A stretch of DNA of 64,000 bases. Origin: Candidatus Collierbacteria bacterium (GTDB lineage: Bacteria > Patescibacteriota > Microgenomatia > UBA1400 > MFAQ01). Positions 19,465-30,198 of the stretch are shown here, piece by piece. Location of the stretch: contig CAISER010000025.1 of the NCBI GenBank assembly GCA_903884375.1, positions 1,637 to 65,636 of the forward strand, read 5' to 3'. The notes beneath the pieces were generated by a model. That model made no database searches and was not told the DNA's origin. It saw only the letters and a program-made list of their open reading frames with translations. A program made the position numbers and the translations under genes. Within the stretch, counting starts at the first letter, position 1, and the number at the start of each line of letters is the position of its first letter.

Positions 19465-20634
19465 GATAACCTTGGTAATAACACCAGCGCCAACTGTAAG
19501 TCCACCTTCGCGGATAGCGAAGTTTTGGCCTTCCATCATAGCGATTGGCTGAATAAGTTCAACATTCATCTTGGCATTGTCACCAGGCATAATCATCTCA
19601 ACGCCTTCGGGAAGTTTAACTTCTCCAGTGACGTCGGTGGTTCTGATAAAGAATTGAGGTTTGTAACCTGTGAACATTGGAGTGTGGCGACCACCCTCAT
19701 CTTTGCCTAAGATATAAGCTTCGGCTTCAAATTTAGTGTGAGGAGTGATTGAGCCAGGCTTGGCCAAAACTTGACCTCTTTGGACATCATCTTTTTCAAC
19801 ACCTCTAAGTAATAGACCAACATTGTCTCCTGCTTGGCCTTGCTCGAGTTGTTGGTGGAACATTTCAACTCCGGTAACGACTGATTTAGTGGTATCTTTG
19901 ATACCAACAATTTCAATTTCATCTCCGATTTTGACGATTCCGGTTTCAATACGTCCAGTAACAACTGTACCGCGACCTTTGATAGAAAAAACGTCTTCAA
20001 CAGGCATAAGGAAAGGTTTGTCGAGATCACGAACTGGATCTGGGATCCATTCATCAACCGTATCCATTAGTTTCATAATTCCTGCTTGAGCTTCTTTGTC
20101 TCCTTCGAGAGCTTTGAGTGCTGACACACGAACGATTGGAGTGTCTTCCTCAAATTTATATTTTTTCAATAACTCTTTAATTTCCATTTCGACCAGCTCA
20201 AGAAGTTCTGGATCTGAAACGGCATCAACTTTATTTAAGGCAACTACCAATCGAGGAACGTTAACTTGGTGAGCCAAAAGTAAATGTTCTTTGGTTTGAG
20301 GCATTGGACCGTCTGTAGCAGCAACAACCAAAATACCTCCATCCATCTGGGCTGCACCGGTGATCATATTTTTGATGTAGTCGCGGTGACCTGGACAGTC
20401 AATATGTGCATAATGACGTTTGGATGTCTCATAAGGAACGTGAGAAATATTGATTGTAACTCCTCGTTCTCTTTCTTCGGGAGATTTATCAATTTGATCA
20501 AAAGGAAGAGCTTCTGCAAGTCCTTGAGCTGCTAATGTGGTGGTAATAGCGGCAGTAAGAGTGGTCTTGCCGTGGTCGACGTGACCGATAGTGCCGATAT
20601 TAACGTGAGGTTTGGTTCTTTGGTATGTAGCCAT
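19459..20634 (-). CDS. tuf: elongation factor Tu
   Basis: [16 protein letters not shown]1 motif; 391 aa. Confidence 0.97.
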   Translation of the reverse strand: MATYQRTKPHVNIGTIGHVDHGKTTLTAAITTTLAAQGLAEALPFDQIDKSPEERERGVTINISHVPYETSKRHYAHIDCPGHRDYIKNMITGAAQMDGGILVVAATDGPMPQTKEHLLLAHQVNVPRLVVALNKVDAVSDPELLELVEMEIKELLKKYKFEEDTPIVRVSALKALEGDKEAQAGIMKLMDTVDEWIPDPVRDLDKPFLMPVEDVFSIKGRGTVVTGRIETGIVKIGDEIEIVGIKDTTKSVVTGVEMFHQQLEQGQAGDNVGLLLRGVEKDDVQRGQVLAKPGSITPHTKFEAEAYILGKDEGGRHTPMFTGYKPQFFIRTTDVTGEVKLPEGVEMIMPGDNAKMNVELIQPIAMMEGQNFAIREGGLTVGAGVITKVIA

Positions 20635-20706
20635 TTTTGTTAATTTTTTTTAATTATTTATAATTGCGCTTTTTCAAGCCTATTTATTTTAGCAGATTTT
20701 ACTCTA

Positions 20707-22827
20707 TTATGCGGGATTTTTCAACAACTTGGAAGCAATATTGTTTGGTAGTTCTTGATAATGACTTGGTTCCATATAATATGAGGCACGACCGGCAGTA
20801 AGTGAACGAATAGCAGTAGCATAAGATGAAAGTTCTGAAAGAGGAACAGTTGCCGTAATAACACGTGCGTTGCCTCTTTGGGCAGTACCACCAATTTGAG
20901 CACGTCTGGCTGATAGATCTCCAATAATATCGCCCATATTGGCTTCCGGCGTGGTAACTTCGACTTTCATAATTGGTTCGAGAATAACCGGACCGGCTTG
21001 TTTGACAGCGTCTTGAAGAGCCATAGATCCCGCGATTTTGAAGGACATTTCCGAAGAATCGACTTCGTGGAAACTTCCATCGACAACTGCTACATCGAGA
21101 TCAACCATCGTAAAACCAGCGATAATACCGTTGTCAAGGGCTTCACGAACACCTTTTTCGATAGGATTAATAAATTCACGAGGAATCGTGCCACCAACAA
21201 TTTTATTAGTAAATGTGAAGCCTTCTCCGCGAGATTTTGGAGTAACAATTAAAATACAATGTCCATATTGTCCTCGACCACCCGATTGACGAATGTATTT
21301 TCCCTCGCCTCGAGCTTCTTTGGTAATAGTTTCACGATAAGCAACTTGAGGAGCCCCCGTGGTAGCGTCAACTTTAAATTCACGACGAAGACGATCAACT
21401 AATATTTCCAAATGTAATTCACCCATACCGGCGATGACAGTTTGGCCTGTTTCATGATTTGTTTTAATCTTGAAAGTTGGATCTTCTTCCGCCAATCGTC
21501 CAAGAGCAATATCCAATTTTTCTTGATCTGCTTTTGTTTTTGGTTCAATAGCTAGTGATATAACCGGATCCGGGAAGTCGATTGACTCAAGAACGATAGG
21601 TTTTGATTCGTCACAAAGAGTATCGCCTGTTTTAGTAGCTTTTAAACCAACAATACCAACAATTTCACCTGCTTTGGCTTCTTGAATTTCTTCTCGAGTA
21701 TTAGCATGCATGAGCATTAAACGACCAAGGCGCTCTCTTTCTGACTTACTGGCGTTGAAAACATATGAACCTGCTTGGATTTTCCCTGAGTAAAGACGTA
21801 CATAGGTAACTTTTCCAACATGAGGATCTGCTTGGATTTTGAATGCTAAACCCACAAAGGATTCATCAGGACTGGGTTTTCTTGTTTCGGCTTCTTTGGT
21901 TTTGGGGTTGATCCCTTCTGTGTCGGCAATATCGAGAGGAGAAGGGAGAAAATCGACAACAGCGTCAAGGAGAGGCTGGACACCTTTATTGCGTAGCGAA
22001 GAGCCAGGAAAAACTGGAACAATTTCGTTATTGATGGTAGCTTTGCGAAGAGCCGTTTTAAGATCTGCCATTGAAGGTTCCTCGCCATTTAAGTATTTTT
22101 CCATTAAGACTTCATCGGTTTCGACAATTGACTCGATGAGCTTACCTCTTTCACTTTCACACTCCGACTTCATGTCTTCGGGGAAACCATCGGTAACATC
22201 ATATTTGGCACCGGTTTCGTCACCTTGCCAAATAATAGTTTTTCTTTCCAAAAGAAGCGCGACCCCCTTGAAAGTATTTTCAACTCCAATAGGAAGCGCC
22301 ATGATGGCAGTTTTGGCTCCAAGTTTTTCATGGACATCTTTTATGGTAGCCATAAAATCGGCTCCCAAGACATCCATTTTGTTGATTAGAGCAATACGAG
22401 GTACTTTGTATTTATCAGCTTGACGCCAAACAGTTTCTGTTTGAGACTGAACTCCGCTTCCTGCATCAAGAACAATAATGCCACCATCAAGTACGCGGAG
22501 GGAGCGTTCCACTTCAGCTGTAAAGTCTACATGTCCTGGGGTATCAATAATATTAAAACGACAGTCCTCCTTGATGTTGGCATCAGCTAAAACAGGAGTC
22601 CAAAAAGTTGTGGTGGCAGCAGATACTATGGTGATACCACGTTCACGCTCTTGATCCATCCAATCCATTTGAGTATCTCCTTCATCAATATCACCAATTT
22701 TATAAGTTTTTCCAGTATAAAAAAGAATACGTTCGGTGGTTGTGGTTTTTCCAGCGTCAATGTGAGCAATGACACCAATATTTCTAACACGATCAAGTGG
22801 TACTTGTTTTGAGACGGGTGCAGCCAT
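20707..22827 (-). CDS. fusA: elongation factor G
   Basis: AHIDAGKTTTTERIL G1 motif, 706 aa five-domain EF-G. Confidence 0.96.
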   Translation of the reverse strand: MAAPVSKQVPLDRVRNIGVIAHIDAGKTTTTERILFYTGKTYKIGDIDEGDTQMDWMDQERERGITIVSAATTTFWTPVLADANIKEDCRFNIIDTPGHVDFTAEVERSLRVLDGGIIVLDAGSGVQSQTETVWRQADKYKVPRIALINKMDVLGADFMATIKDVHEKLGAKTAIMALPIGVENTFKGVALLLERKTIIWQGDETGAKYDVTDGFPEDMKSECESERGKLIESIVETDEVLMEKYLNGEEPSMADLKTALRKATINNEIVPVFPGSSLRNKGVQPLLDAVVDFLPSPLDIADTEGINPKTKEAETRKPSPDESFVGLAFKIQADPHVGKVTYVRLYSGKIQAGSYVFNASKSERERLGRLMLMHANTREEIQEAKAGEIVGIVGLKATKTGDTLCDESKPIVLESIDFPDPVISLAIEPKTKADQEKLDIALGRLAEEDPTFKIKTNHETGQTVIAGMGELHLEILVDRLRREFKVDATTGAPQVAYRETITKEARGEGKYIRQSGGRGQYGHCILIVTPKSRGEGFTFTNKIVGGTIPREFINPIEKGVREALDNGIIAGFTMVDLDVAVVDGSFHEVDSSEMSFKIAGSMALQDAVKQAGPVILEPIMKVEVTTPEANMGDIIGDLSARRAQIGGTAQRGNARVITATVPLSELSSYATAIRSLTAGRASYYMEPSHYQELPNNIASKLLKNPA

Positions 22828-22946
22828 ACTTTTTGTTGTTTTGTTTAATTGTATATTTTGACGAAATAAATCTGTCCGTTATTGGGACATATTTCACGAG
22901 CTTAATTTTACCATAACACTATAGCTATGGGTATAAATAATGGCGA

Positions 22947-25007
22947 TTAATGACGGAATCGGTGGCGGGAGAAGTGTTTCGAATTTTGAGATTTTTTTTC
23001 TTGCCGTTTTTGGTGTTTCCCAAAATTACGAAATAGATCCGGAAGATAATCTTTTAACCAATCTTTTTTTACTTCCAAGCAGGTACAAGCAAAAGTTTTT
23101 CCTTGAGGGTTGATAAAGATTTCATTGGCCACTAAGAATGAACCTTTGGATGGATAGCTGTTGAAATAGACAGAGTTGGGATGAATATAAATGTTAGACT
23201 TGGTTCCATCAACTTTTTTATAATAAAATTTATCAGACTTTTGAATTAGATTGCCAATAAGACCAGCCGTAATTGCTTGATGAATGGCATCTTTTCTGAT
23301 AATCGGCTTAGTGTTGGGATCAATATTGATTTGATGGTTGGCTAAGACAGTCAAAATATCCAAACGAACGTTTTTGGCTTCTTCAAGAACTTTTTCGTTG
23401 AAATAATTTTGTTTTGCCCAATCGTCACTGTAACCACTGGCGGCATATGCTTTCCAAATATTGAGCAGAACAATAAAATCTGAGTCGTTATTATTGATAT
23501 ATTGATCATGAGCTTTGTCAGCGAGGATTGCCTGGGCAGCTTCTTGAGGTCTGATAAATAAATTTTTCCCATCTAGAAGAGAAGCAATTATGACTATTTC
23601 ATTGACACAATTTATTTTTGGATCTAACGATTCAATAATCATGCGACCCAAACAAGGTTCTACCGCCAACTCAACTAACCAATCGCCTATTTCGGTAATT
23701 TGGCCTGATTCGTCCAAAGCACCAAGAGAAGTAAGAAGATTTAGAGCTTGAATGAGATTCTCGCTGCCTGGGTGATCCATAAAATCAAAGTTTCCAACAT
23801 TTTCGATGCCGACTTTTTTCATTGCGAGAACAACTTGGGACAAGTTGGAGCGTTGAATTTCAGGCGTTTGATACTGAGGGCGGTGTTTTAAACTTTCTTC
23901 AGTAAATAATCGATAACAATAGCCTGGTGCAGTGCGACCTGCTCTTCCTTTGCGTTGCTCTAAACCACTTATGGCGTGTTCAATAAGTTCTAACTTTTCA
24001 ATCCCGGATTTTGGATCAAACTTTGTTTGTTTAATTAGTCCGGAGTCGATAACGTGAATAACCCCATCGATAGTTACAGAGGTTTCGGCAATATTGGTAG
24101 CAATAATTATTTTTCTTTTGGGTGTAATAGTAAAAATATTGTCTTGCTCTTCTGGGGGTAGCTCTGCATGAAGAGGAAGAATTTCGACATCTGAAGAGCC
24201 CAACATTGCTTCAATTTTTTCAACTGTATCAGCAATTTCCTTTTTACCTGGCATAAAAATGAGAATATCTCCTTCGAGTTTTTGGTCGATGATCATTTTG
24301 ACTTTTTCGGCAGCGCCTTTGGTAAAGTCATAGTTGTAGGGAATTTCATTTTCGTAAAATATTTTTACGGGATACATTTTCCCAGGAATTTCAACCGAGT
24401 TATTGTTATCCTTCATGCCAATGTATTCAGCAAATCTATTCCGCTCAATAGTAGCCGAGGTAACAATGACACGAATAGGATCAACTCCAGCACCCAAACG
24501 ACGTTCGTTGACATCTTTAAGAAGTCCAAGGCAGAGATCAATGTTCAAACTGCGCTCATGAGCTTCGTCAACCATGACAATGGCGTAGTCAGTGAGCAAT
24601 GGGTCAAATTGAATTTTCCTTAATAAAATACCATCCGTCATAAAAGTAATGTCGGTGTTGTCCGTTGTCATGTCTTCAAAACGAATATGGAAACCTACCT
24701 GATCACCAACTTCACATTGCATCATTTCGGAAACACGACTAGTAACACTTCTTGTGGCGATTCTTCTGGGTTGAGTAACTGCGATTCCCCCCTTAAGTTT
24801 GAGCTCGTTTCGAAGTTCAAGGAGAAGAGGCGGTAAACAAGTGGTTTTGCCTGAACCGGTTTCTCCGATAAGAACAAAGTTTTGATGCTGTCTTATTTCT
24901 TGACGCAATAAATTTCTGAGATTGGCGACAGGAAGCCTATCCAAATTTTCAAGAGCATATTCCGACGAACAAATTTGTCGATTAATAGTATTTATTTCAG
25001 GTTTCAT
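22947..25007 (-). CDS. DEAH-box (DExH/RHA-type) ATP-dependent RNA helicase, HrpA/HrpB/Prp43-like
   Basis: motif I GETGSGKTT, motif II VMVDEAHER, motif V TNIAETSVTIDG, motif VI QRKGRAGR, followed by winged-helix/OB C-terminal region; 686 aa. Confidence 0.8.
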   Translation of the reverse strand: MKPEINTINRQICSSEYALENLDRLPVANLRNLLRQEIRQHQNFVLIGETGSGKTTCLPPLLLELRNELKLKGGIAVTQPRRIATRSVTSRVSEMMQCEVGDQVGFHIRFEDMTTDNTDITFMTDGILLRKIQFDPLLTDYAIVMVDEAHERSLNIDLCLGLLKDVNERRLGAGVDPIRVIVTSATIERNRFAEYIGMKDNNNSVEIPGKMYPVKIFYENEIPYNYDFTKGAAEKVKMIIDQKLEGDILIFMPGKKEIADTVEKIEAMLGSSDVEILPLHAELPPEEQDNIFTITPKRKIIIATNIAETSVTIDGVIHVIDSGLIKQTKFDPKSGIEKLELIEHAISGLEQRKGRAGRTAPGYCYRLFTEESLKHRPQYQTPEIQRSNLSQVVLAMKKVGIENVGNFDFMDHPGSENLIQALNLLTSLGALDESGQITEIGDWLVELAVEPCLGRMIIESLDPKINCVNEIVIIASLLDGKNLFIRPQEAAQAILADKAHDQYINNNDSDFIVLLNIWKAYAASGYSDDWAKQNYFNEKVLEEAKNVRLDILTVLANHQINIDPNTKPIIRKDAIHQAITAGLIGNLIQKSDKFYYKKVDGTKSNIYIHPNSVYFNSYPSKGSFLVANEIFINPQGKTFACTCLEVKKDWLKDYLPDLFRNFGKHQKRQEKKSQNSKHFSRHRFRH

Positions 25008-25117
25008 TTAGGCTGAATTAGATTAACATAAGAAGGTGAAAATATGTATAGGTGTTGTATATATGTATCTAGTGTCGTTAATTAATGATTGATGCGCTTG
25101 ACTGACGGAAAATACAA

Positions 25118-25150
25118 AATAAGCGCCCAATTAAGGGCGCTTTTTAATTT
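25118..25150. terminator. bidirectional intrinsic terminator (GCGCCC-AATTA-AGGGCGC, T-tracts on both strands) ending the small ORF upstream of the helicase gene
   Basis: aataagcgcccaattaagggcgctttttaattt read directly. Confidence 0.6.
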
Positions 25151-25334
25151 ATTCCGGTTCAGAAGGAAATTGAGCCGGGCAGTCGAATTGTCGAAAATCT
25201 GGTTTGGTTTCGGGGAGAGCCTGGTTCTTTGGTAACGATAACAAATCATCGTTACTGTTTTGGGAATTGGTGGCGGGTGCTGCTGGGGCAACGGGTTCGT
25301 TCTTTATAGATTTATTCGGTAGGCGTTTAGACAT
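25149..25334 (-). CDS. small hypothetical protein, 61 aa, Pro/Ala-rich, acidic C-terminus (MSKRLPNKSIKNEPVAPAAPATNSQNSNDDLLSLPKNQALPETKPDFRQFDCPAQFPSEPE)
   Basis: ATG preceded by consensus Shine-Dalgarno TTAAGGAGGT at optimal spacing, own terminator immediately downstream, sits between two terminators inside the str locus. Confidence 0.6.
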   Translation of the reverse strand: MSKRLPNKSIKNEPVAPAAPATNSQNSNDDLLSLPKNQALPETKPDFRQFDCPAQFPSEPE

Positions 25335-25511
25335 TAATACCTCCTTAAGGTGCAAGATTTGGAGATATTTTAGCACAAACACTTATTTGCTAGGTAGGAT
25401 ACAACACAATTTCCTTTTGTCTTTTTAATATCGCTCTCGGTGAAACGAATTATTTGATACATATATCCATAATAAACCCAAACATTTAACTAATCAATAC
25501 CGAATCAATAT

Positions 25512-25545
25512 ATAACAAAACACCCCGTTTCCGAGGTGTTTCTAA
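25512..25545 (-). terminator. intrinsic terminator after rpsG (ACACCCCG-TTTC-CGAGGTGT hairpin followed by U-tract on the minus-strand transcript)
   Basis: aacaaaacaccccgtttccgaggtgtttcta read directly; rc gives hairpin then TTTTGTTATATATT. Confidence 0.5.
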
Positions 25546-25565
25546 TTATTCTATATATTATAGGA

Positions 25566-26041
25566 CTACCATCTAAAATGAGCGAAGGCCTTGTTACTTT
25601 CAGCCATTTTGTGTGTATCTAGCTTTTTCTTGATTGCTGAGCCTGTGTTTTCATGAGCTTCCATGACTTCAGCAGCAAGTTTATCAGCCAGAGTTCTGGT
25701 TGGGTTGTTGGATCTGGCCTTGGCAGCATTCAATATCCAACGAATAGCAAGTGAATCGCGACGCTCCGGACGAATGGGAGTTGGGACCTGATAAGAGGCT
25801 CCTCCAACACGACGAGAACGAACTTCAATGTTTGGTTTGACATTTTCGATAGCTTCAGAAAGAAACTCTAGGCCGTTTTTGCCTGATTTTCGGCAATGAT
25901 ATCAATGGCGGTATAAATTTGTTTGGCAGCAACTGATTTTTTGCCTTCGAGCATACAACCATTAATGATCTTGGATACCAACTCACTTCCGTAAATTGGA
26001 TCAAGTTGAATTTTTTTAGTTGGGGTTTTTTTTGATCTCAT
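25566..26041 (-). pseudogene. rpsG: 30S ribosomal protein S7, interrupted by a +1 frameshift in an A4 (plus-strand T4, 25887-25890) homopolymer; probably a sequencing/assembly indel rather than true gene decay
   Basis: hand translation: frame A gives MRSKKTPTKKIQLDPIYGSELVSKIINGCMLEGKKSVAAKQIYTAIDIIAE then stop; frame B continues KSGKNGLEFLSEAIENVKPNIEVRSRRVGGASYQVP...KMAESNKAFAHFRW stop, together a complete S7; one extra A restores the frame. Confidence 0.7.
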
Positions 26042-26046
26042 ATTTT

Positions 26047-26466
26047 TTATTTAGCAGGAGCTGGACGTTTGGTACCATATTTACTGCGACTGGTGCGACG
26101 TTTTTCAATACCGGCAGTATCAAGCTTTCCTCTTATAATGTGATATTTAACACCAGGTAGATCACGAACACGTCCTCCCCTGATCATCACGATACTGTGT
26201 TCGGCTAAATTATGGCCTTCACCCATGATGTAAGCTGTGACTTCTTGCTTATTTGATAGTCTGACACGAGCAATTTTACGTAGAGCCGAGTTTGGTTTTT
26301 TGGGAGTCATTGTTTTGACTTGAAGACAAACTCCAGCTTTTTGAGGAGATTGAGTCTCGACCATGCGCCGTTTGACTGAGTTAAAACTCTTACGAAGAGC
26401 AGTGGTTTTCACCTTTCGTGCACTAGTAAGACGACCCTTCTTGATTAATTGATTTGTTGTAGGCAT
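26047..26466 (-). CDS. rpsL: 30S ribosomal protein S12
   Basis: [12 protein letters not shown] ... [11 protein letters not shown]12 signature. Confidence 0.96.
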   Translation of the reverse strand: MPTTNQLIKKGRLTSARKVKTTALRKSFNSVKRRMVETQSPQKAGVCLQVKTMTPKKPNSALRKIARVRLSNKQEVTAYIMGEGHNLAEHSIVMIRGGRVRDLPGVKYHIIRGKLDTAGIEKRRTSRSKYGTKRPAPAK

Positions 26467-26485
26467 AGATGCGTTGTGTATTTTA

Positions 26486-29400
26486 TCAGATATTTTCGAT
26501 TTTTGCTCTCAGTTTGCTCGTGGGAACCAACCGACCAATAATAACGTTTTCTTTCATGCCAATAAGGTGATCTATTTTCCCTTGAACTGCGGAGTCAGTT
26601 AAAACGGAAGTTGTATCTTGGAAAGAGGCAGCCGAAAGCCAGGAATCAGTATGTAAAGCAGCTCTTATAGCACCAAGGATTAAATTGGTAGCGGTAGCCG
26701 GTTCTCCTCCTTGAGCGATAACGGCTTCGTTGGCCATTTCATATAAACCTCGACTAATAACATCTCCTGCGACCAAAGCCGTATCACCGACAGCATCAAT
26801 TCTGACGTAGTCACACATTTTGCGTAGAATAACTTCAAAATGTTTGTCATGAATACTAATACCCTGAGACTCATAAATGGATTGAATTTCTCCAATGAGA
26901 TAGTTTTGAGTTGTACGAAGGCCTTTAATCTTTAAGAGTTGTTTGATATCTACTCCTCCTGAGGCCAATTGAGTGCCAACAGAAATTAAGTCTCCGTCAG
27001 CAACTTTAAGCGACATGGCAAGAGGAATAAGATATTCTTTTCGATCTTCTTTGGCTTTGCTACTTGGAGTGATAGTAACCAAATTACCGTTTTCTGTTTC
27101 AACAACTTTTACTTTTCCAGAAACTTCAGCAATTGGAGCAACCAACTTGGGAGTTCTGACTTCCAATAATTCTGTTACGCGAGGAAGTCCTTGGGTAACG
27201 TCGACGCCTGCAGCACCTCCTGAGTGTTTGGTACGCATAGTGAGCTGAGTTCCAGGTTCACCAATGGATTGGGCGGCAATGACACCAACCGGATCGCCAA
27301 CAATGGCAAGAGAATTGGTGGCTGTGTTATGACCATAACATTTGGCACAGAGTCCAAAACGTAGCTTACAGGTTATCGGGGAACGAACTTCGACCTCTTT
27401 AACTCCAGCTGCTTCAATTGCGGAGGCAATTTCTTCTGTTATTAATTCTCCAGCATCAACCAGTACTTTTTTCGTCTCTGGGGCAACAACTTTTTTAACT
27501 ACATAACGATAAACAATACGTTTAGCAAAAATCTTTGGTCTTTCTTCTGAAGTTATTGTAATAAATTCATCAGTACCACATTCTTCGGCACGGATAATGG
27601 CATCATGGCTAACGTCGACCAAACGACGGGTTAAGTAACCTGCGTCGGCGGTACGAAGAGCTGTGTCGGTAAGACCTTTTCTTGAACCTCTAATGGAAGT
27701 AACATACTCGAAGATTGAAAGACCTTCGCGGAAGTTGCCTTTAATTGGAAGTTCAATTAAATTGCCTAATGGATCAGCAATAAGACCACGCATGGCGGAA
27801 AGTTGTTCGATTGAGTTTTTGGTAACACGACCGGAGGCAGAGTCAATAACTAGACGAATTGGATTAACTTTTGAGAACGTTGCCCAGGTTTTTTCTGCCA
27901 AATCAGAAGCTGTTTCTCGCCACATATTAATGGTTAATTTGCTTCTTTCACTGTCGGTTATCAAACCTTGTTTGTAGTTATCTTCAATTTCTTCGGCTTT
28001 TTTGTTTCCTGAAGAAATAAGTTCCGATTTTTGGGGATAAACTTCGTTATCGGAGATGGCAAATGAGAAACTACTGATAGTGGCATATTCAAAACCAATA
28101 TTCTTAACAGCGTCAATCAATTTAACAACACGTTTGGTGTCACAAGTTTTGATAGCGCGGGTGAAGAGGGCGGAAATTTCTTTACCGGTAAAACTCTTGT
28201 TCTGGAAATCCCATTCTTTGGGAAGAATGTGATTAAAGATAATACGACCGACGGTAGTGTTGGTCATAACCATCTGTTCCGGATCAAGACGAACATCAAT
28301 TGGTTGACGAACTTCTACAACTTTATTTTGATATGCGGTAATCGCTTCCGTTGGACTACCAAAAGGATATTTATAAGGAGTTAAAGTTTCATCAATTGAA
28401 GTGAGATAGTAAACACCAACGGCCATTTCTTTACGTGAAGGAATATTGACACTTTGTCCCGAAGAGGGTTTAAGAAGATTGAATTGGGGCAACATGAATT
28501 TTTTGGCCTCACGAATAGCTTTTTTGGTTAATGGTACATGAACAGCCATTTGGTCTCCATCAAAATCAGCGTTGAAACCTTCACAAACAACAGGATGTAA
28601 TCGAATAGCAGAGCCATCGACCAGTACAGGTAAAAAGGCAAGAATTGAAAGTTTGTGGAGTGTGGGAGCGCGGTTTAAGAGTATTGGATGTTTTTTGGTA
28701 ATTCTTTCCAAAATGTCGAAAACCTCAGGTTGACGTTTTTCGATGAGAGCTTTTGCAGCTTTGACGTTTGGCGCCAAGTCTTGCTTGATGATCTCGTGAA
28801 GAACAAATGGTTTGAACATTTCAAGAGCCATATCTTTGGGAAGGCCACATTGATTAAGTTTAAGTTCCGGACCAACGATGATAACGGAACGACCTGAGTA
28901 ATCAACACGTTTTCCAAGAAGGTTTTGACGGAAACGGCCCTGTTTTCCACGAAGCATGTCTGAAAGGGACTTGAGAGTTTTACCCGTTCTGGATCTTCTG
29001 GTAGAACGTGCCTGTGAAGAGTCAATTAAAGAGTCAACAGCTTCTTGAAGCATTCGTTTTTCGTTTCTTAATATAATTTCAGGAGCTCCAAGATCAATTA
29101 AATGTTTTAAGCGGTTGTTGCGGTTGATGACACGACGATATAAATCGTTTAGGTCGGAAGCAGCAAAACGACCACCCGAGAGCTGAACCATCGGACGAAG
29201 ATCAGGAGGAATAACAGGAAGAACTTCCAAGACCATCCATTCTGGTTTTACTTTTGAATCAAGAAGGCCTCTTACTACCTGAAGACGCTTGGTGGCTCTG
29301 ACACGTTTCGCTTCTGAGCTTGAGAGAGATTCTTCTTTAAGCTTGACGGCCATCTCTTCAAGATTAACTTTCTTAAGGGCGTCCAAAATTGCCTCTGAAC

Positions 29401-30193
29401 CCATACCGGCAGTCATCCAATCTACAAGGTTATATTCGGCGAGTTTGGCGTATTCCGAGTCAGACAGAAGAGAATTAACTTGAATTTTTTCAATAATGAT
29501 AGCGAGTTTACTGTAGATTTCTTCAGTGAATGCCAATTCGACGACCATTTGTTCACGGAGACTGGCAATTTTTTGTTTGGTTTCGACTTTTAAGTCTTCT
29601 GACTTAAGTTCGCGTTCGTCTTTGGCTTTGGATTTTTTCTTTACTTCAGTAAGTTCTTTTTTACCTTCGTCTTTTATTTCTTCAATTTGCTTGTCAAAAT
29701 TAGCGCGAACTTCTTCAAGTTTGGCATCTTTTTGGATTGTAATATCTTTTAGAGCTGCTTCTCTTTTTTCTTCATCAACTGACATGATGAGGAACTTACT
29801 AAAATAAATTACCGAGGTAAGTGCTTTAGGAGAAATATCCAATAGTAGAGAAAGTTTACTGGGGGCGCCTTTGAAAAACCAAACATGGGCTACTGGAGCT
29901 GCTAAATTAATGTGACCCATGCGTTCACGACGAACACGACTGAGTGTTACTTCAACACCACATTTGTCACAAATGATACCCTTGAATCTGACTCTTTTAT
30001 ATTTACCACAATAACACTCCCAGTCCTTAACTGGACCAAAAATTCTTTCACAAAAAAGACCATCTTTTTCCGGTTTTTGAGTTCGATAGTTAATGGTTTC
30101 CGGTTTGGTAACTAAACCGTGTGACCATTTTCTAACGTCATCCGGACTGGCAAGTCTGATTTGTAATCCTGAAAAATCGACTATGTTATTCAT
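26486..30193 (-). CDS. rpoC: DNA-directed RNA polymerase subunit beta' (with Lys/Glu-rich lineage-specific insertion near residues 135-260)
   Basis: zinc-binding CxxC..CxxC N-terminus, NADFDGDQM catalytic motif, 1235 aa. Confidence 0.96.
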   Translation of the reverse strand: MNNIVDFSGLQIRLASPDDVRKWSHGLVTKPETINYRTQKPEKDGLFCERIFGPVKDWECYCGKYKRVRFKGIICDKCGVEVTLSRVRRERMGHINLAAPVAHVWFFKGAPSKLSLLLDISPKALTSVIYFSKFLIMSVDEEKREAALKDITIQKDAKLEEVRANFDKQIEEIKDEGKKELTEVKKKSKAKDERELKSEDLKVETKQKIASLREQMVVELAFTEEIYSKLAIIIEKIQVNSLLSDSEYAKLAEYNLVDWMTAGMGSEAILDALKKVNLEEMAVKLKEESLSSSEAKRVRATKRLQVVRGLLDSKVKPEWMVLEVLPVIPPDLRPMVQLSGGRFAASDLNDLYRRVINRNNRLKHLIDLGAPEIILRNEKRMLQEAVDSLIDSSQARSTRRSRTGKTLKSLSDMLRGKQGRFRQNLLGKRVDYSGRSVIIVGPELKLNQCGLPKDMALEMFKPFVLHEIIKQDLAPNVKAAKALIEKRQPEVFDILERITKKHPILLNRAPTLHKLSILAFLPVLVDGSAIRLHPVVCEGFNADFDGDQMAVHVPLTKKAIREAKKFMLPQFNLLKPSSGQSVNIPSRKEMAVGVYYLTSIDETLTPYKYPFGSPTEAITAYQNKVVEVRQPIDVRLDPEQMVMTNTTVGRIIFNHILPKEWDFQNKSFTGKEISALFTRAIKTCDTKRVVKLIDAVKNIGFEYATISSFSFAISDNEVYPQKSELISSGNKKAEEIEDNYKQGLITDSERSKLTINMWRETASDLAEKTWATFSKVNPIRLVIDSASGRVTKNSIEQLSAMRGLIADPLGNLIELPIKGNFREGLSIFEYVTSIRGSRKGLTDTALRTADAGYLTRRLVDVSHDAIIRAEECGTDEFITITSEERPKIFAKRIVYRYVVKKVVAPETKKVLVDAGELITEEIASAIEAAGVKEVEVRSPITCKLRFGLCAKCYGHNTATNSLAIVGDPVGVIAAQSIGEPGTQLTMRTKHSGGAAGVDVTQGLPRVTELLEVRTPKLVAPIAEVSGKVKVVETENGNLVTITPSSKAKEDRKEYLIPLAMSLKVADGDLISVGTQLASGGVDIKQLLKIKGLRTTQNYLIGEIQSIYESQGISIHDKHFEVILRKMCDYVRIDAVGDTALVAGDVISRGLYEMANEAVIAQGGEPATATNLILGAIRAALHTDSWLSAASFQDTTSVLTDSAVQGKIDHLIGMKENVIIGRLVPTSKLRAKIENI

Positions 30194-30198
30194 GTGAT

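Noticed and set aside
21839-22423. 194-aa plus-strand ORF
   Set aside because: Antisense inside fusA; Ser/Leu-rich shadow frame of a highly conserved gene.
25082-25428. Overlapping small ORFs (69 aa minus, 74 aa plus) around the small-protein locus
   Set aside because: Overlap the better-supported 61-aa SD-preceded ORF and its terminator; no RBS.
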